A model generated the notes under the pieces. The model worked only from the letters and a program-made list of their open reading frames with translations, did no database searches and was not told where the DNA came from. A DNA stretch of 64,000 bases from Felis catus (Eukaryota), in contig NC_058368.1 in assembly GCF_018350175.1 (NCBI RefSeq), positions 159,776,001-159,840,000 on the forward strand. The letters are read 5' to 3'. Of this stretch, positions 51,901-63,899 are shown piece after piece; position 1 is the stretch's first letter; each line of letters begins with the position of its first letter. The position numbers and the translations under genes are program-made.

Positions 51901-52717
51901 GAATTAAAAGCAAAAGTGAATTACTGGGACCTTATGAAGATCAAAAGCTTCTGCACAGCAAAGGAAACAACCAACAAAACTAAAAGGCAACCAACGGAAT
52001 AGGAAAAGATATTTGCAAATGACATATCAGAAAAAGGGCTAGTATCCAAAATCTATAAAGAGCTCACCAAACTCCACACCCGAAAAACAAATAACCCAGT
52101 GAAGAAATGGTCAGAAAACATGAAAAGACACTTCTCTAAAGAAGACATCCGGATGGCCAATAGGCACATGAAAAGATGTTCAACGTCGCTCCTTATCAGG
52201 GAAATACAAATCAAAACCACACTCAGATATCATCTCACGACAGTCAGAGTGGCCAAAATGAAGAAATCAGGAGACTAGAGATGCTGGAGAGGATGTGGAG
52301 AAATGGGAACCCTCTTGCACTGTTGGTGGGAATGCAAATTGGTGCAGCCGCTCTGGAAAGCAGTGTGGAGGTTCCTCAGAAAATTAAAAATAGACCTACC
52401 CTATGACCCAGCAATAGCACTGCTAGGAATTTATCCAAGGGATACGGAGTACTGATGCATAGGGGCACTTGTACCCCAATGTTTATAGCAGCACTCTCAA
52501 CAATAGCCAAATTATGGAAAGAGCCTAAATGTCCATCAACTGACGAATGAAGAAATTGTGGTTTATATACACAATGGAATACTACGTGGCAATGAGAAAG
52601 AATGAAATATGGCCCTTTGTAGCAACGTGGATGGAACTGGAGAGTGTGATGCTAAGTGAAATAAGCCATACAGAGAAAGACAGATACCATATGGTTTCAC
52701 TCTTATGTGGATCCTAA
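48906..52717 (+). pseudogene. L1 ORF2 (endonuclease/reverse transcriptase), disrupted
   Basis: LNVNGLN, LQETH, SDHN, QGCPLSP and FADD motifs present. Frameshifts near 49066, 49152, 51151, 52445 and 52549; in-frame TAG stops at 52000-52002 and 52276-52278. Confidence 0.96.
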
Positions 52718-52950
52718 GAAACTTAACAGAAACCCATGGGGGAAGGTAAGGAAAAAAAAAAAAAGAGGTTAGAGTGGGAGAAAGCCAAAACATAAGAGAC
52801 TGTTAAAAACTGAGAACAAACTGAGGGTTGATGGGGGGTGGGAGGGAGGGGAGGGTGGGTGATGGGTATTGAGGAGGGCACCTTTTGGGATGAGCACTGG
52901 GTGTTGTATGGAAACCAATTTGACAATAAATTTCATATTTAAAAAAAAAA

Positions 52951-53024
52951 AAGATTCTCTCTCTGTCCCTCTCTCGCTCTCCCTTTCTCTCTCTCCACCC
53001 CCCATCCTTTTTCCCTGCTGTCTC

Positions 53025-53065
<41 letters not shown>

Positions 53066-53066
53066 A
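52951..53066 (+). mobile_element. Can-SINE, 3' half ((CT)n and (TAAA)n tail)
   Basis: Resumes at the second copy of the L1 TSD. Confidence 0.92.
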
Positions 53067-53353
53067 TGTATGTTATGATATCAAAGTCTTTAAAAAACCC
53101 TAAAACAATTATGGTACAATTCACCTCAAAAGAGCATGGATTCTTATAGCTGTAAATTATAGTATGAAGATTCAAAGTGCATATTGTCAAACCAGGCAGA
53201 TATGGGAGGTGGATAATTAGATATCTCTAAGTGTTCTACCAATTACCTGACATTCTTAAAACACAGTAATAAAAGGTACCTATTGGAGATCCTTCTCCCA
53301 CTGGATTTAAAATGTCCAATTATTTTCAACCCTTCTGATTAGAAACAATCTCT

Positions 53354-53364
53354 GAAGAAAAGAA

Positions 53365-53404
<40 letters not shown>

Positions 53405-53422
53405 AGAAAGAAAAAGAAAGAA
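53354..53422. repeat. (GAAA)n microsatellite
   Basis: Direct reading. Confidence 0.95.
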
Positions 53423-53700
53423 CACTCTCTTCAAATTGTGTTTTATTTTTAAGAAAAGAGAAGAGAAAGATTGACTTGAGAACTTACTCATAATAAATCT
53501 ATTCTGGCAGAAACCCAAACAGAAACTAGAAGTTTCAAGTTAGAATATGGCATTTGATTGACATTTTGCTTGCCCTCAGTCTTAACAGTTAAAGAAAATC
53601 AGTGAGTTAACATGGAGTGCCTTGCAAAGAAGTATAGAAAAACCAAAGAATATACCAAGACTCAGATTCCTTGTAAGACATGTTAGAAAGGTAAATTTCA

Positions 53701-53932
53701 GGGGCGCCTGGGTGGCGCAGTCGGTTAAGCGTCCGACTTCAGCCAGGTCACGGTTAAGCGTCCGACTTCAGCCAGGTCACGATCTCGCGGTCCGTGAGTT
53801 CGAGCCCCACATCAGGCTCTGGGCTGATGGCTCGGAGCCTGGAGCCTGTTTCCGATTCTGTGTCTCCCTCTCTCTCTGCCCCTCCCCCGTTCATGCTCTG
53901 TCTCTCTCTGTCCCAAAAAAAAAAAAAAAAAA
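53701..53932 (+). mobile_element. Very young felid Can-SINE with a 29-bp internal tandem duplication
   Basis: TSD aaaggtaaatttca at 53687-53700 and 53933-53946; pure A tail. Confidence 0.97.
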
Positions 53933-55024
53933 AAAGGTAAATTTCAGGCGTGAATTCAATGACATGCTAAATTTTGAATTATCTCTTTCTCATAAATTTG
54001 AGCTATAGCATGCAACCAGCTTCATGATTTCATTATTGAGTCACTTAGTGGATTACCCAGTGTTGACTAGCTCTAGTTGCATGGCTGGAACTGCATTGTT
54101 GAAGTCACCACGTTATGAGTATTGCAGGTATACACAGCCTGATATGTTTCTTAAGTGAGTTAGCCCTGTGTGGAAACCTCTGAATGCAATTAGCATTTTG
54201 GCAGTGGGGAAGGCGAAATGACCGAAAGCCCCTATAGCTAAAATAGCTCTACCTATGAATTATTATTCAAGCCAATATGTGTAATTTCTTCTGTGACAGG
54301 AGATGGGAGAAACTAAAATTAAACTACTGGGGAGATAACATTGCTTTAAAAAAAAAAAAAAGGAGCCATTTCAGAAAAAAGCCCAGAAAGTAATTATAAA
54401 TATAAGATATCCTGATTGGGAGAAAACACTACCTAGAGTTTCACACAAGTCTTTTAGACGCTAGTATTATTTAATGCTTTCATTAAAAGCTCAGATGAAA
54501 ATGTTAATAATAATCAAACTTACAAATGATTAGAAGAATTACTTTTGTTTTGAAAATTAGGATTAAAATAGAATATGAACCTGAGAAGTTGGAGAAACAG
54601 GTTAAAAATAACAATAGTTCATTTGATAAAAGAGAAAAATGAAGTGGTTCACACAGACAACAGAGTCCTACAAAACATTAATGAGAACAGAACACCAAAG
54701 AGCATGAGAAAAATGAAAAATGTCAATAATGTGTCACTAACACAAAAATTCTATGATACATTTTACCCTTCATTAAATACAGTATTTAACACAATTGAGC
54801 GAATTCTATTTGCATTGCTCTGGTTTGGTACCAAGTGAAATTCATTCTAGAAATATCATGTAATAAAAGAGACACAGATTATATCATTTCGAAGAGAATA
54901 GAAGAATTCGTAGGTTAAGAAAGAAGTACCTTCAATACGAAGATTACAGGAATTTGTTAGTCCAGAAAAAGAAGACAAAGTGAAAATGAAAAAAAGTATT
55001 GAATAATATATAAATGGAAAATTG

Positions 55025-55240
55025 TACTAGTTGTGATGGTTAAGAGACTTTATAGGCAGAGACATGGACTTGAATCCTACCTCTTCAACCCTACTATCCG
55101 CAGAAAAGAGAACATGACTTAGTAAGTTACCTCACCCTCTAAATTTCCCGATCTGTAGAATGTAGAAAATAATAATATCTAGGTTTGTAGGGTTCTTATA
55201 AGAATAAGTGAAATAATATATTACTGGAGAGTTTACATTG
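55025..55240 (+). mobile_element. MIR
   Basis: tgatggttaagag...ttgaatcc...atgacttagtaagttacctcacc...atctgtagaatg core. Confidence 0.7.
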
Positions 55241-55302
55241 GTTTCTGAGTCTCATTTTTTTGTTGTTAATTAAGATAATTTAGTTACAGTAATGTTTTTC
55301 TA

Positions 55303-55510
55303 TTTTTTTAAGTTTATTTATTTATTTTGAGAGAGAGCCCACATGAGCAGGGGAGGGGCAGAGAGTATGAAGAGAGAGAGCATCCCAAGCAGGCTCTGCA
55401 CTGTCAGTGCAGAGCCCAGTGTGGGGTTCTATTGCTATGAACCGTGAGATTATGACCTGAGCTGAAATCAAGAGTCAGACATTTAACTGACTGAGCCATC
55501 CAGGTGCCCC
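55303..55510 (-). mobile_element. Can-SINE
   Basis: TSD tacagtaatgYttttcta at 55285-55302 and 55511-55528. Confidence 0.96.
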
Positions 55511-56608
55511 TACAGTAATGCTTTTCTAAAGTGAAAAACAGGAAATACTAGACTACATCCCAACTGTGGGTTATTTTAAAACCAAGTCATTTTTTCCCAA
55601 AAATAAAGGGAATGATCTAAATCAGATTCCCAAACTTGCAAACAAAGCTTGTTTAAAATATTTTATTGTATTTCACAAGCACCTTTTGTCCTTGGGGCTA
55701 TAGTTTGCTTTCTTTTTATCTTTTGTGCCTTAAACTTAACTTCTAAGCTTTCTAAACTTAATGTGTTATTTCCTACCTAAAACCTTTATATCCTCACTCT
55801 TTTCTCATTCTTCATACATATAATTTGAAGTCTACTATTTCCAGTGTCTTTCCCAAAAGGCCTACATTTCTTGTCACTTCCCTAACCACATCGATCAAAT
55901 GTTGAATTTCATAGGAAATGTGAGGCACTCTATGAGGGGTAGGACATTTGGTGAAAATCTAAATGAATAATTTCTAACACTATAAAAAAAATTAACCATT
56001 TCATGTATTTTATTGTATATAGTTATCAGAAAGGTTTTCACGTATCTTTAGGAGATTTTACTAAAGAAAGGCATGGTTTTTCTAATTCACTGGACACCTA
56101 AGTGCCCACAGGGGAGAGAACATATGATACATTTGGCGGGGGGCAGTGAATATGAAATCAATTCTGATGAGCACTCAGAAGTCTTTCATGATTCACGAAT
56201 CCTGTCACTGAGACCTAGAATATCTAAGGTGTCAGATGAAGAAAAACCTGGCTCCAATTTCATTAAAATAGATCATTTAGTAATATGGAAGCTGTTATGA
56301 AAATGCTTACATAAGAAAAAACAGTTCAGAGACCTCACCTGCATTCTGAAATAAAATTGATTATTCAAACACATATTTTTACATGTGACTTGAGAATTCA
56401 GGGTTATATACAGCAAATATCTTGATGTCAGGCATGAAAATATTGAAGAGATTTTCACTAGGAAGTCTAACAAAAATCTCGAAGCTAATAAATCCAAAAC
56501 TAAATCCCCCAGACAAAATTTAACTTTACCTGAGCCCTCTGCTTCCACCCTTTTGCATTCAAAAAAAAATGGGTAACCACCCTGCACTCAAATATTCCAA
56601 GATAATTA

Positions 56609-56768
56609 GGGGTGCCTGAGTGGCCCAGTCGGTAAAGTGTCAGACTTCAGCTCAGGTCATGATCTCATGGTTCATGAGTTCTAGCCCTGCATCGGGCTTT
56701 GTGCTGACAGCTCAGAGCCTGGATCCTGCTTCAGATTCTGTCTCCCTCTCTCTCAGCCCCTCCCCCAC

Positions 56769-56812
<44 letters not shown>

Positions 56813-56860
56813 AAAAATAAATGAAAACATTAAAAAATGTTTTTAATAAAATAAAATAAA
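56609..56860 (+). mobile_element. Can-SINE
   Basis: TSD aaatattccaagataat at 56590-56606 and 56861-56877. Confidence 0.96.
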
Positions 56861-57099
56861 AAATATTCCAAGATAATCACCTCCACCCTTCCTCAAGGAC
56901 TCAGGTAGCAGTCTTCTCCATCTTTGCTCATGACTCCCATAAGACAACCTGATGATTCCCTTGCCTTACCTGCCTCTCCTTCAAAGCCCCTCTCTTTTCT
57001 TTGAGATGGTCCTCATTAATAATCTTTCTCCATATTGCAACAGACTGAATAAAATCTCTCCGTAATCGTCTGGTGCATTTTCTCTTTCACACACCAAAA

Positions 57100-58220
57100 A
57101 CCAGTTCCAAATCTTGGCTCAGTTGATAGTAATCCATCCTGATGGTGGCTCAGGCTACAAGTCTTAGAGTCATCCCTGACTCCTCTCTTTCTCTCAAAGA
57201 TCCCTGTCTGATTTATCAAGAAATCCTTTTGATTTAAACATCAAAACATATCCAGAATCTAGTCACTTCTGAGTAATTTCTTCACTATCATTGATCTGAG
57301 CCACCAGCATCTCTTACATAGATTATTAAAATAACCATCCCACTGGACTTTCAGCTTCCACCTTTGCCTGGCTATTGTATATTCTCAACCAAACAACATG
57401 AGTGAATTCCTGAAATTTAGATCAAGTCATGCTCAAACGTTCTCCAAAGTTTCTTATATTCAGTCAGAATCCTTACAGTGGCCTACAAGTTCTCTGCGAA
57501 CCAGGCCCCCGTAATATCTCTGACCAATCTCCCCTGCTCACTCTATTCTGACAAAACCGGCCTCTTTTCTCTTTCTTGAATAAGCCAAGCATGCTCCTGC
57601 CTCAGAATCTTTGCATTGGCCATTGCATCTGCCTTGAGCTCCCTTCCTTCAGGTAGCTACATAAGCCATTCAGTAGGCTCCTCCAAATGTTTGTGCAAAT
57701 GTCACTTTCTCAGTGAAGCCCACCTTAACCACCCTTTAAAAATTGTGCAAACAGGGGCGCCTGGTCGGCTTAGTTGGTTAAGCTTCCGACTCTTGATTTT
57801 GCCTCAGGTTGTGATCCCATGGTTTGTGGGTTTGAGCCTTGTGTAGGGCTCTGTGCTGATGGTGTGGAGCCTGCTTGGGATTCTCTGCCTCCCTCTCTCT
57901 CTGCTCCTCCCCTACTCACTCTGTCTCAAAAATAAACATTTTTTTTTTAAGTTTTGCATGCAAACCAGCTTTCCACATCTCACTACCATGTTCTGTTTTT
58001 CCCAGAGCACTTTACTTCTCTTAATACACTCTAGAATATCTTCACACCTATGTTTATTCTCTCTCTCTCTCTCTCTCTCGGAAGGAGAAACATTTTTGTT
58101 TTATTCATTGATGTACTTCTTAGTCCCTACCTATTTTCTTTTTCATTGATATATTCCTAATACCTAGAAAAGCATTGGCACATAGTAGGCAGTTCAATAA
58201 GTATTTGTTGAAAGATTGAT
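57100..58220 (+). mobile_element. L2a-like 3' portion split by a SINE
   Basis: gagtcatccctgactcctctctttctctc, aaatgtcactttctcagtg, and the terminus ggcacatagtaggcagttcaataagtatttgttgaa. Confidence 0.8.
57754..57950 (+). mobile_element. Can-SINE
   Basis: ggggcgcctgg head, CT tract and tail. Confidence 0.9.
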
Positions 58221-58577
58221 TGGCCAGGTAATTAACTTGACTGATTGAATGAATAAGTGGACATAACAATACTGGCTATCTGTCTAGAGTAATAATGAGT
58301 GCAGTGATGAAGCTGTGCACTGATGACCTGGATTATTTTCATTATGATTCTGTTTTAAGTTTTCCACATCATTACCCCTAGTTCTCTTTCCAGGTTCTGA
58401 ATGTGGTAAGAAACACTAGTATTACTGTGTATCAGGCAACATGGACACTACTTATGCATTACCATAGCCACACAGTCCTAAATAATAAGGAAATGGCGTA
58501 AGCTAAGTTGTGAATCAGGCAAGAGTATGCTCATAAGATAATTCTGTTTGTGAATTCACTAGAAACTTAGAGACCTT

Positions 58578-58780
58578 GGGGCACCTGGGTGGCTCAGTCA
58601 GTTAAGGGTCTGACTCTTGATTTGGGCTCAGGTCATGATCTCATAGTTTGTGAGATCAAGCCCTGAGTGGGGCTCTGGGCGGAGCCTGGAGTCTGCTTGG
58701 GATTCTCTCTCTCCCTCTCTCTCTCTGACACTCCCCCTCCCCCCATCAAAAATAAATAAATAAACATTAAAAACATAGAA
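58578..58780 (+). mobile_element. Can-SINE
   Basis: TSD agaaacWtaSagacct at 58561-58576 and 58781-58796. Confidence 0.94.
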
Positions 58781-59549
58781 AGAAACATACAGACCTCCCA
58801 TTAATGCAATGTGTATCAAAACCTGTACTTCCAAGATAAAACCATAGGCTACTGGGCATTTAATCAAGCCAAGAATGTTCATTCAAGTCTTGATAAGAGC
58901 TGTACAGAGTGGCAGGATGTGAGGTGGGGAAAAAGAGACTCCAGCTCTCTTCTCTATTTGAGGAGAGAAGGAGAGATTCTTGATTGGGCTGGAAGAGGAC
59001 CACAGGTTTTATTTAAAATTTTTTAAAAATAATTCTTAAGGTTTTTTTTCCCAGCCAGTTCATTTTCAATTCGCCTATTAACTATACTCATTTTGTCAGT
59101 GGCTCCAAAACTTTAGGATCAATCTCTGAAGACTGTCCAGTAAATAATATAGAACAATGAAGTCCAATGGAAACAACTGGCTTTTAGAATCAGAAAGATT
59201 CAGTTCAAATCATGTACCAATCACTCATTATGTATCTTTGGCCACGCTTTTAAATCTTTTAACATAGTTCCTCATCTAGAAAATGAGAACAATGATCTGT
59301 GCTTCAGACAGAGGTTGTGACAGTGCAGTTAGAGCTCCAAATACTAGATGTCGCTCATACTAGTAATTAAATAAACACTATCTCCGGGGCTTTTTTGTTG
59401 TTGTTTTTTTTGTTTTTGTTTTTGTTTTTTTCTCTTCCCGAGGTTTAGAACCAAGAAATCTCCCCTCATTCAAATGCCAATTGGGAATTAAAGAACTCTG
59501 TTTAAATTTCTAAAATTCTCCCAGGTTAAGGTACTTTCTGCCATAGGTT

Positions 59550-59910
59550 TTCCTGTTCCTTGAACACTCCAACATTGATCATACTTTGAAACTTTGACCT
59601 CTGCCTGGAATCCTTTGCCCCATTTCATTACAGGCCTTCATTACAGGTGTGATATCTTAGAAAGTCCCTTCCCTCAATGGTGGCTCCTTCCCACATTTAT
59701 TACTCTCTATCATAGCATCCTGTTCCTCAAACTCTATAGCATTATTAAAGCTATTTTGTTTATTAACTTATTTAACCCTTTATTCTCCCTCCACCACCAG
59801 AATGTACTTTCTAAAGAGCCTTGTCTGAATTGTTTATAGCAGTATCCAGAGGACTTAGAAGATTGCCAAGCTCATTAGTGAGTGCTCAAAAATCAGCTGC
59901 TTAACGGAAG
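59550..59910 (+). mobile_element. L2 3' fragment
   Basis: ctgttccttgaacactcc...cctctgcctggaatcc...gtgagtgctcaaaaat. Confidence 0.65.
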
Positions 59911-62900
59911 AATTAAAAGGATTTGTATTTAGTTAGTATCCTTTCTTTAAGGAGGAGCAAGTATCCTGGGTGCTGATTGCTTACCAGGGGGCTGGGGCTT
60001 GCATTCCCATCTCCCCCATGGAACCCTCCCCGAGAGGCAGGGGAAAGGGAACTTCATCTATTTCGCATAGATGCCTGTATCACTCATACATTCCTCACAT
60101 TCTTTGTTGATGGACAGTCCCAACTGGGACATCTGAAGAGCATATTAACAACTCAGCAGCAAGAGACTGACCTCTGAGAATCCTTTCCTACTCCTAAAGG
60201 ATCCTCTTCTTTTGAAACAAACCCCACTCCTGAATTCAGCCAGATTTATTTCACTCAAGCTTCTGACAAACATGCAGTTTTCATCCCTGGGTTCATTCTC
60301 AGGCTTGAGTCTAGCCTTGTTTCTGGCGCAAACACGACCTGAGCCTCTTTATGTGGCTTGGACAATTTGAAATGATGGGATGATGAAATATGAGAAGAAG
60401 GAAAAGAATACTTACTATTTTTGTACTTGTGATTATTTGAACAGATTCCTTTGGTCCCATTATTGTTCCAATCTACTAAATTGAATTAAAATGTATGCTT
60501 GGGGAATTTTCTCTAATATTGGTAAAGTATAAGCATATATCATCTATTATATTAGAACACAGCACTTAAAATTCTTAATTGGTAGTATTGACTATTAGAA
60601 TACATGGTATCCAATTTCCCATATATCTTAGATTTCATGGAATTTGAAGGATTGTAGTATATTCCACTCTGTAATGTTTTCATAACCTTCTTGCCACTGT
60701 GTATACAGGTGAGTGTCTGAACAGAGATTTTGCCAATGAAAGAAACTATGAATTGCCACCATAGATCTAAACCAGTTCACAGAAGAATAACTTTGCATTT
60801 GTTTACCTTTCTAAAAAGATTATTTTCCAACTGCTGGAAGTTTATTTTTTTATAGAGCAAATGTAATGAAAAAGAGTGAATATTTGGGGGGTATATATAT
60901 TTAGCCTCTTAAAACTCATATTACAAGATCCAGAAAAGATAGCATGTGTGTATAATGACTGCAATTGAAATCATCAACAAATACAATAGGAAAAAGGCCA
61001 GTCCCTGTAGCTTCATGTCTACTGTTTTACACTGTGTTGAATGGCTAAATGGTTCATGACAAAAGATTTTCTAATGCCAAGCCGACCAAAAAATATGGCT
61101 TTTCTCCTGGCACTTCAAGGAGATTATGGTCTATTTATCACATATTTTTTTCATGAATATTGACTTTATGAATTTAATATGCATTCATTTACCTGTTTTA
61201 TTATGCACATATGTAGGAGTATTTTAGAACTGCAGGATTTTTCTAGAAAGTTAGGCTTACATTGCTGAAAGAACAAAATACTTTTCACATTCTGATATTC
61301 TTTTATTTATTCAACAGCTATGTGTCCAGAGGTTCCATTTTTAAAATTTACAATTTACCTGAATTCTTTACCTTAACCATCATATGTGCTGATGGTTCAA
61401 GACAGCTGTCTTACATCTTTATATAGAGGGAAAAAAGGCATAGCAAATTCTCACCCTTTTAAAAGTAAAAGTAGGTCTTGGATCCTTTATGTTATTACTC
61501 AATTTAAACAATGATCCTCCAAAATAAAAAAGAGATCTTGAGGGACTTCAATAATATTTAACTACAGAAGCTATTTTTATTAACCACATGTAGAAAGTAG
61601 CATTTCTCCTAGCATTATTTTATAAATATTCCGTTTCTTACCAATATTATTATAATTACTATTAATATTTAAAATAGTGTAATTTATTAGCAATAATAAT
61701 AATTCTCAAACATGATGAGTACATAAAGGAATTATCAAATTGAGAATCAGTCCAAAACTAGAGAAGAATTTCAACTAAATATGCAAGAAAACCAAAACAA
61801 GAAATACTAGGAAACAGATTCATATGCTACTTGATATTTGAGATGACTCCCCCAATTTGCAAAAGGAAAAAATGAGAAATATCAAAAGTAAACAAGCTAT
61901 GACCTTAACAACTGGAGAGTTGGATGTATACATTAGCTGAACATTTTAAAAGCTGAAGTTCCATCACATTTAAGTGGAAAATCAGAAGGTGGTGCAAATA
62001 CACATTGCATCATCAGAAGGTCTTTTAACAGCACAGAAATGGTAAGTCGATTTTACTAAAAAGTGATTTCTTGTGCCTTTTCTATTCCCATCTTTGGTTT
62101 ATTTTGGTTGGTATGAGAAAAAAAAAGGAAGATTAAAGTGAGGTAAGAGAAAAAAAAGTCGTGGAGCATTGAACAAGATAGAATTTTGGGAGAAAAAAAG
62201 CCATGTCCTTTTACTAATGGAACATCCAAGGTCCAATCAGAAATATAATCAGTTTTAGCTTGTATGAATGGGACCATGGGCAGGGGTGACTAATACAAAT
62301 GAAAGCAACCAAATTAGATAAGTTCAAAATATTTTTCCACCACTATTGTTTAAAGAACTTTTTTCCCCCAGTGAAGGTATACTAAAGAGTTTTCTTTAGT
62401 GGATGATTTTTTAAAGTGTGCATTGCTATGAAAGCTAAGTAATTCTGAAATTTTTATGAAATTGAAGAAGCAAGAGATTTTTAGGTCAAGAATTAATACT
62501 TCATTATGAAATTTCACCCTCTTTTGTTTTGGTTTCAGAAAAGATTCCACAGAAAACAAACAGCTAAGGTTGCCCAGAGGGAGAACTAAGGCTCCGTGTT
62601 CCAAAGTGGGTAGTGAATCGAAAATCCTGGAAAGTATCATGAAGCTAGAGAAAAGGTATTGATTTAATGAACGCATGTACATGATGATTGACAAGTTAGC
62701 ATCCAGGTTCACTGCCCAATATTTATGGGAAGGAGTGGGGAGAAGGGGATTCTGGCAGCTTGTGCCTACTATTTCTGTAATGTCCAAAACAACCTTAGCA
62801 AGGGAGTGAGCAAGGACTGGGTCTGCATTAGGAAACATTCTCTGGGTTCGTGAGGCTTGCTTTGAACTCTTTTTCACCACTATGTGTCAGCTTGTCTTTG

Positions 62901-63077
62901 TGTTGGTGGAAGGAAAAGGAAAAAGAAAAACATAAGACTGGCCTTTAGGTTCTAAATCAAAGCTCTATGCTGCTGATTGTTGGTGTGGCTTTTCAAAGGC
63001 AAAGCGAGTGGGGGACATTAAAATTCCTTGTTTCTATGGACCAGGAGCTGAGATGCTTTTTAGTTTTTTGGTTTGGG

Positions 63078-63080
<3 letters not shown>

Positions 63081-63111
<31 letters not shown>
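63081..63111. repeat. (ATT)n microsatellite
   Basis: Direct reading. Confidence 0.95.
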
Positions 63112-63112
<1 letters not shown>

Positions 63113-63899
63113 TAAGTAGCGAGGATTTTTCAATGTATCTTACATTTACCTTAAAATATCCCTAATATTTGTTTTTCAATTTGATTGGCACTTTGACAGG
63201 AAAAAGCAAGGTGAGAAAACTCTTTAAAAGGGAACCTAAACAGAGTGTGAGGAGGCTTCCCTTGTCACGTGATTTAAGAACCAGAGGGACCATTGCCCCT
63301 AACACAGTTTCTTGATAGTGACCCCAAGGTTCAAAGACATTAGATCAGTCGCCCAAGACTCCCACTCAGAAAGTCATGACAGGACCCTCCTCCTTGGATT
63401 TTCACTCTGTCCTCTTTATACTGCCCTATGCTGCCTCTAGCGTTAGATCAGGAAACTTTAAGGGATATTGAGGACAGGAGAATAGAAGAAAGCTGGAGAG
63501 GGTCAAAGGTACTTAAGTGATTTACCTAAGTCAAGATGCTTGAACTTTTGCCTGGACAAGAAGAGGCAGCCTGCTCGTGCCAGGCAGTGAACGCACAGAG
63601 CAATAGCTAGCGCTGAATACCTCTGATGCTCATTTTCAACATTGGAAGATCAGCCTAGGGAAAGAAAGCTAATCGCTTCCCTCTTGCCCTCCACACCTTC
63701 TACTGGGATTCAAGTAACTGTCCTTCCTCAAACATCTTTGTGGGCTTGTTCTCTATAACACACGTCCTCACCTGTGTCTTAGGTGCCTCTTTAAATTCTC
63801 CGTCCCCTCACAATTCGCAAATCATTATCCTGGGCATTCGTAAGCTGTAAACTTTGCCACTTTGGCACCTCAGGTGGACAGGAAAGATCTCTAGATTCC

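Larger units (their letters stand above)
47031..52950 (+). mobile_element. Full-length LINE-1 (carnivore/felid type), about 5.9 kb, retrotransposition-dead
   Basis: 5' UTR, ORF1, ORF2, G-rich 3' UTR, AATAAA 52925-52930 and A-tail. Perfect 13-bp TSD aagattctctctc at 47018-47030 and 52951-52963; TT/AAGA target. Confidence 0.99.

Noticed and set aside
53701..53810. tRNA-like A/B boxes in SINE heads
   Set aside because: tRNA-derived SINE promoters without a cloverleaf; not tRNA genes.
62350..62880. 176-aa minus-strand ORF, the longest non-L1 ORF
   Set aside because: Non-ATG start, no recognisable domain, and composition typical of AT-rich non-coding DNA.
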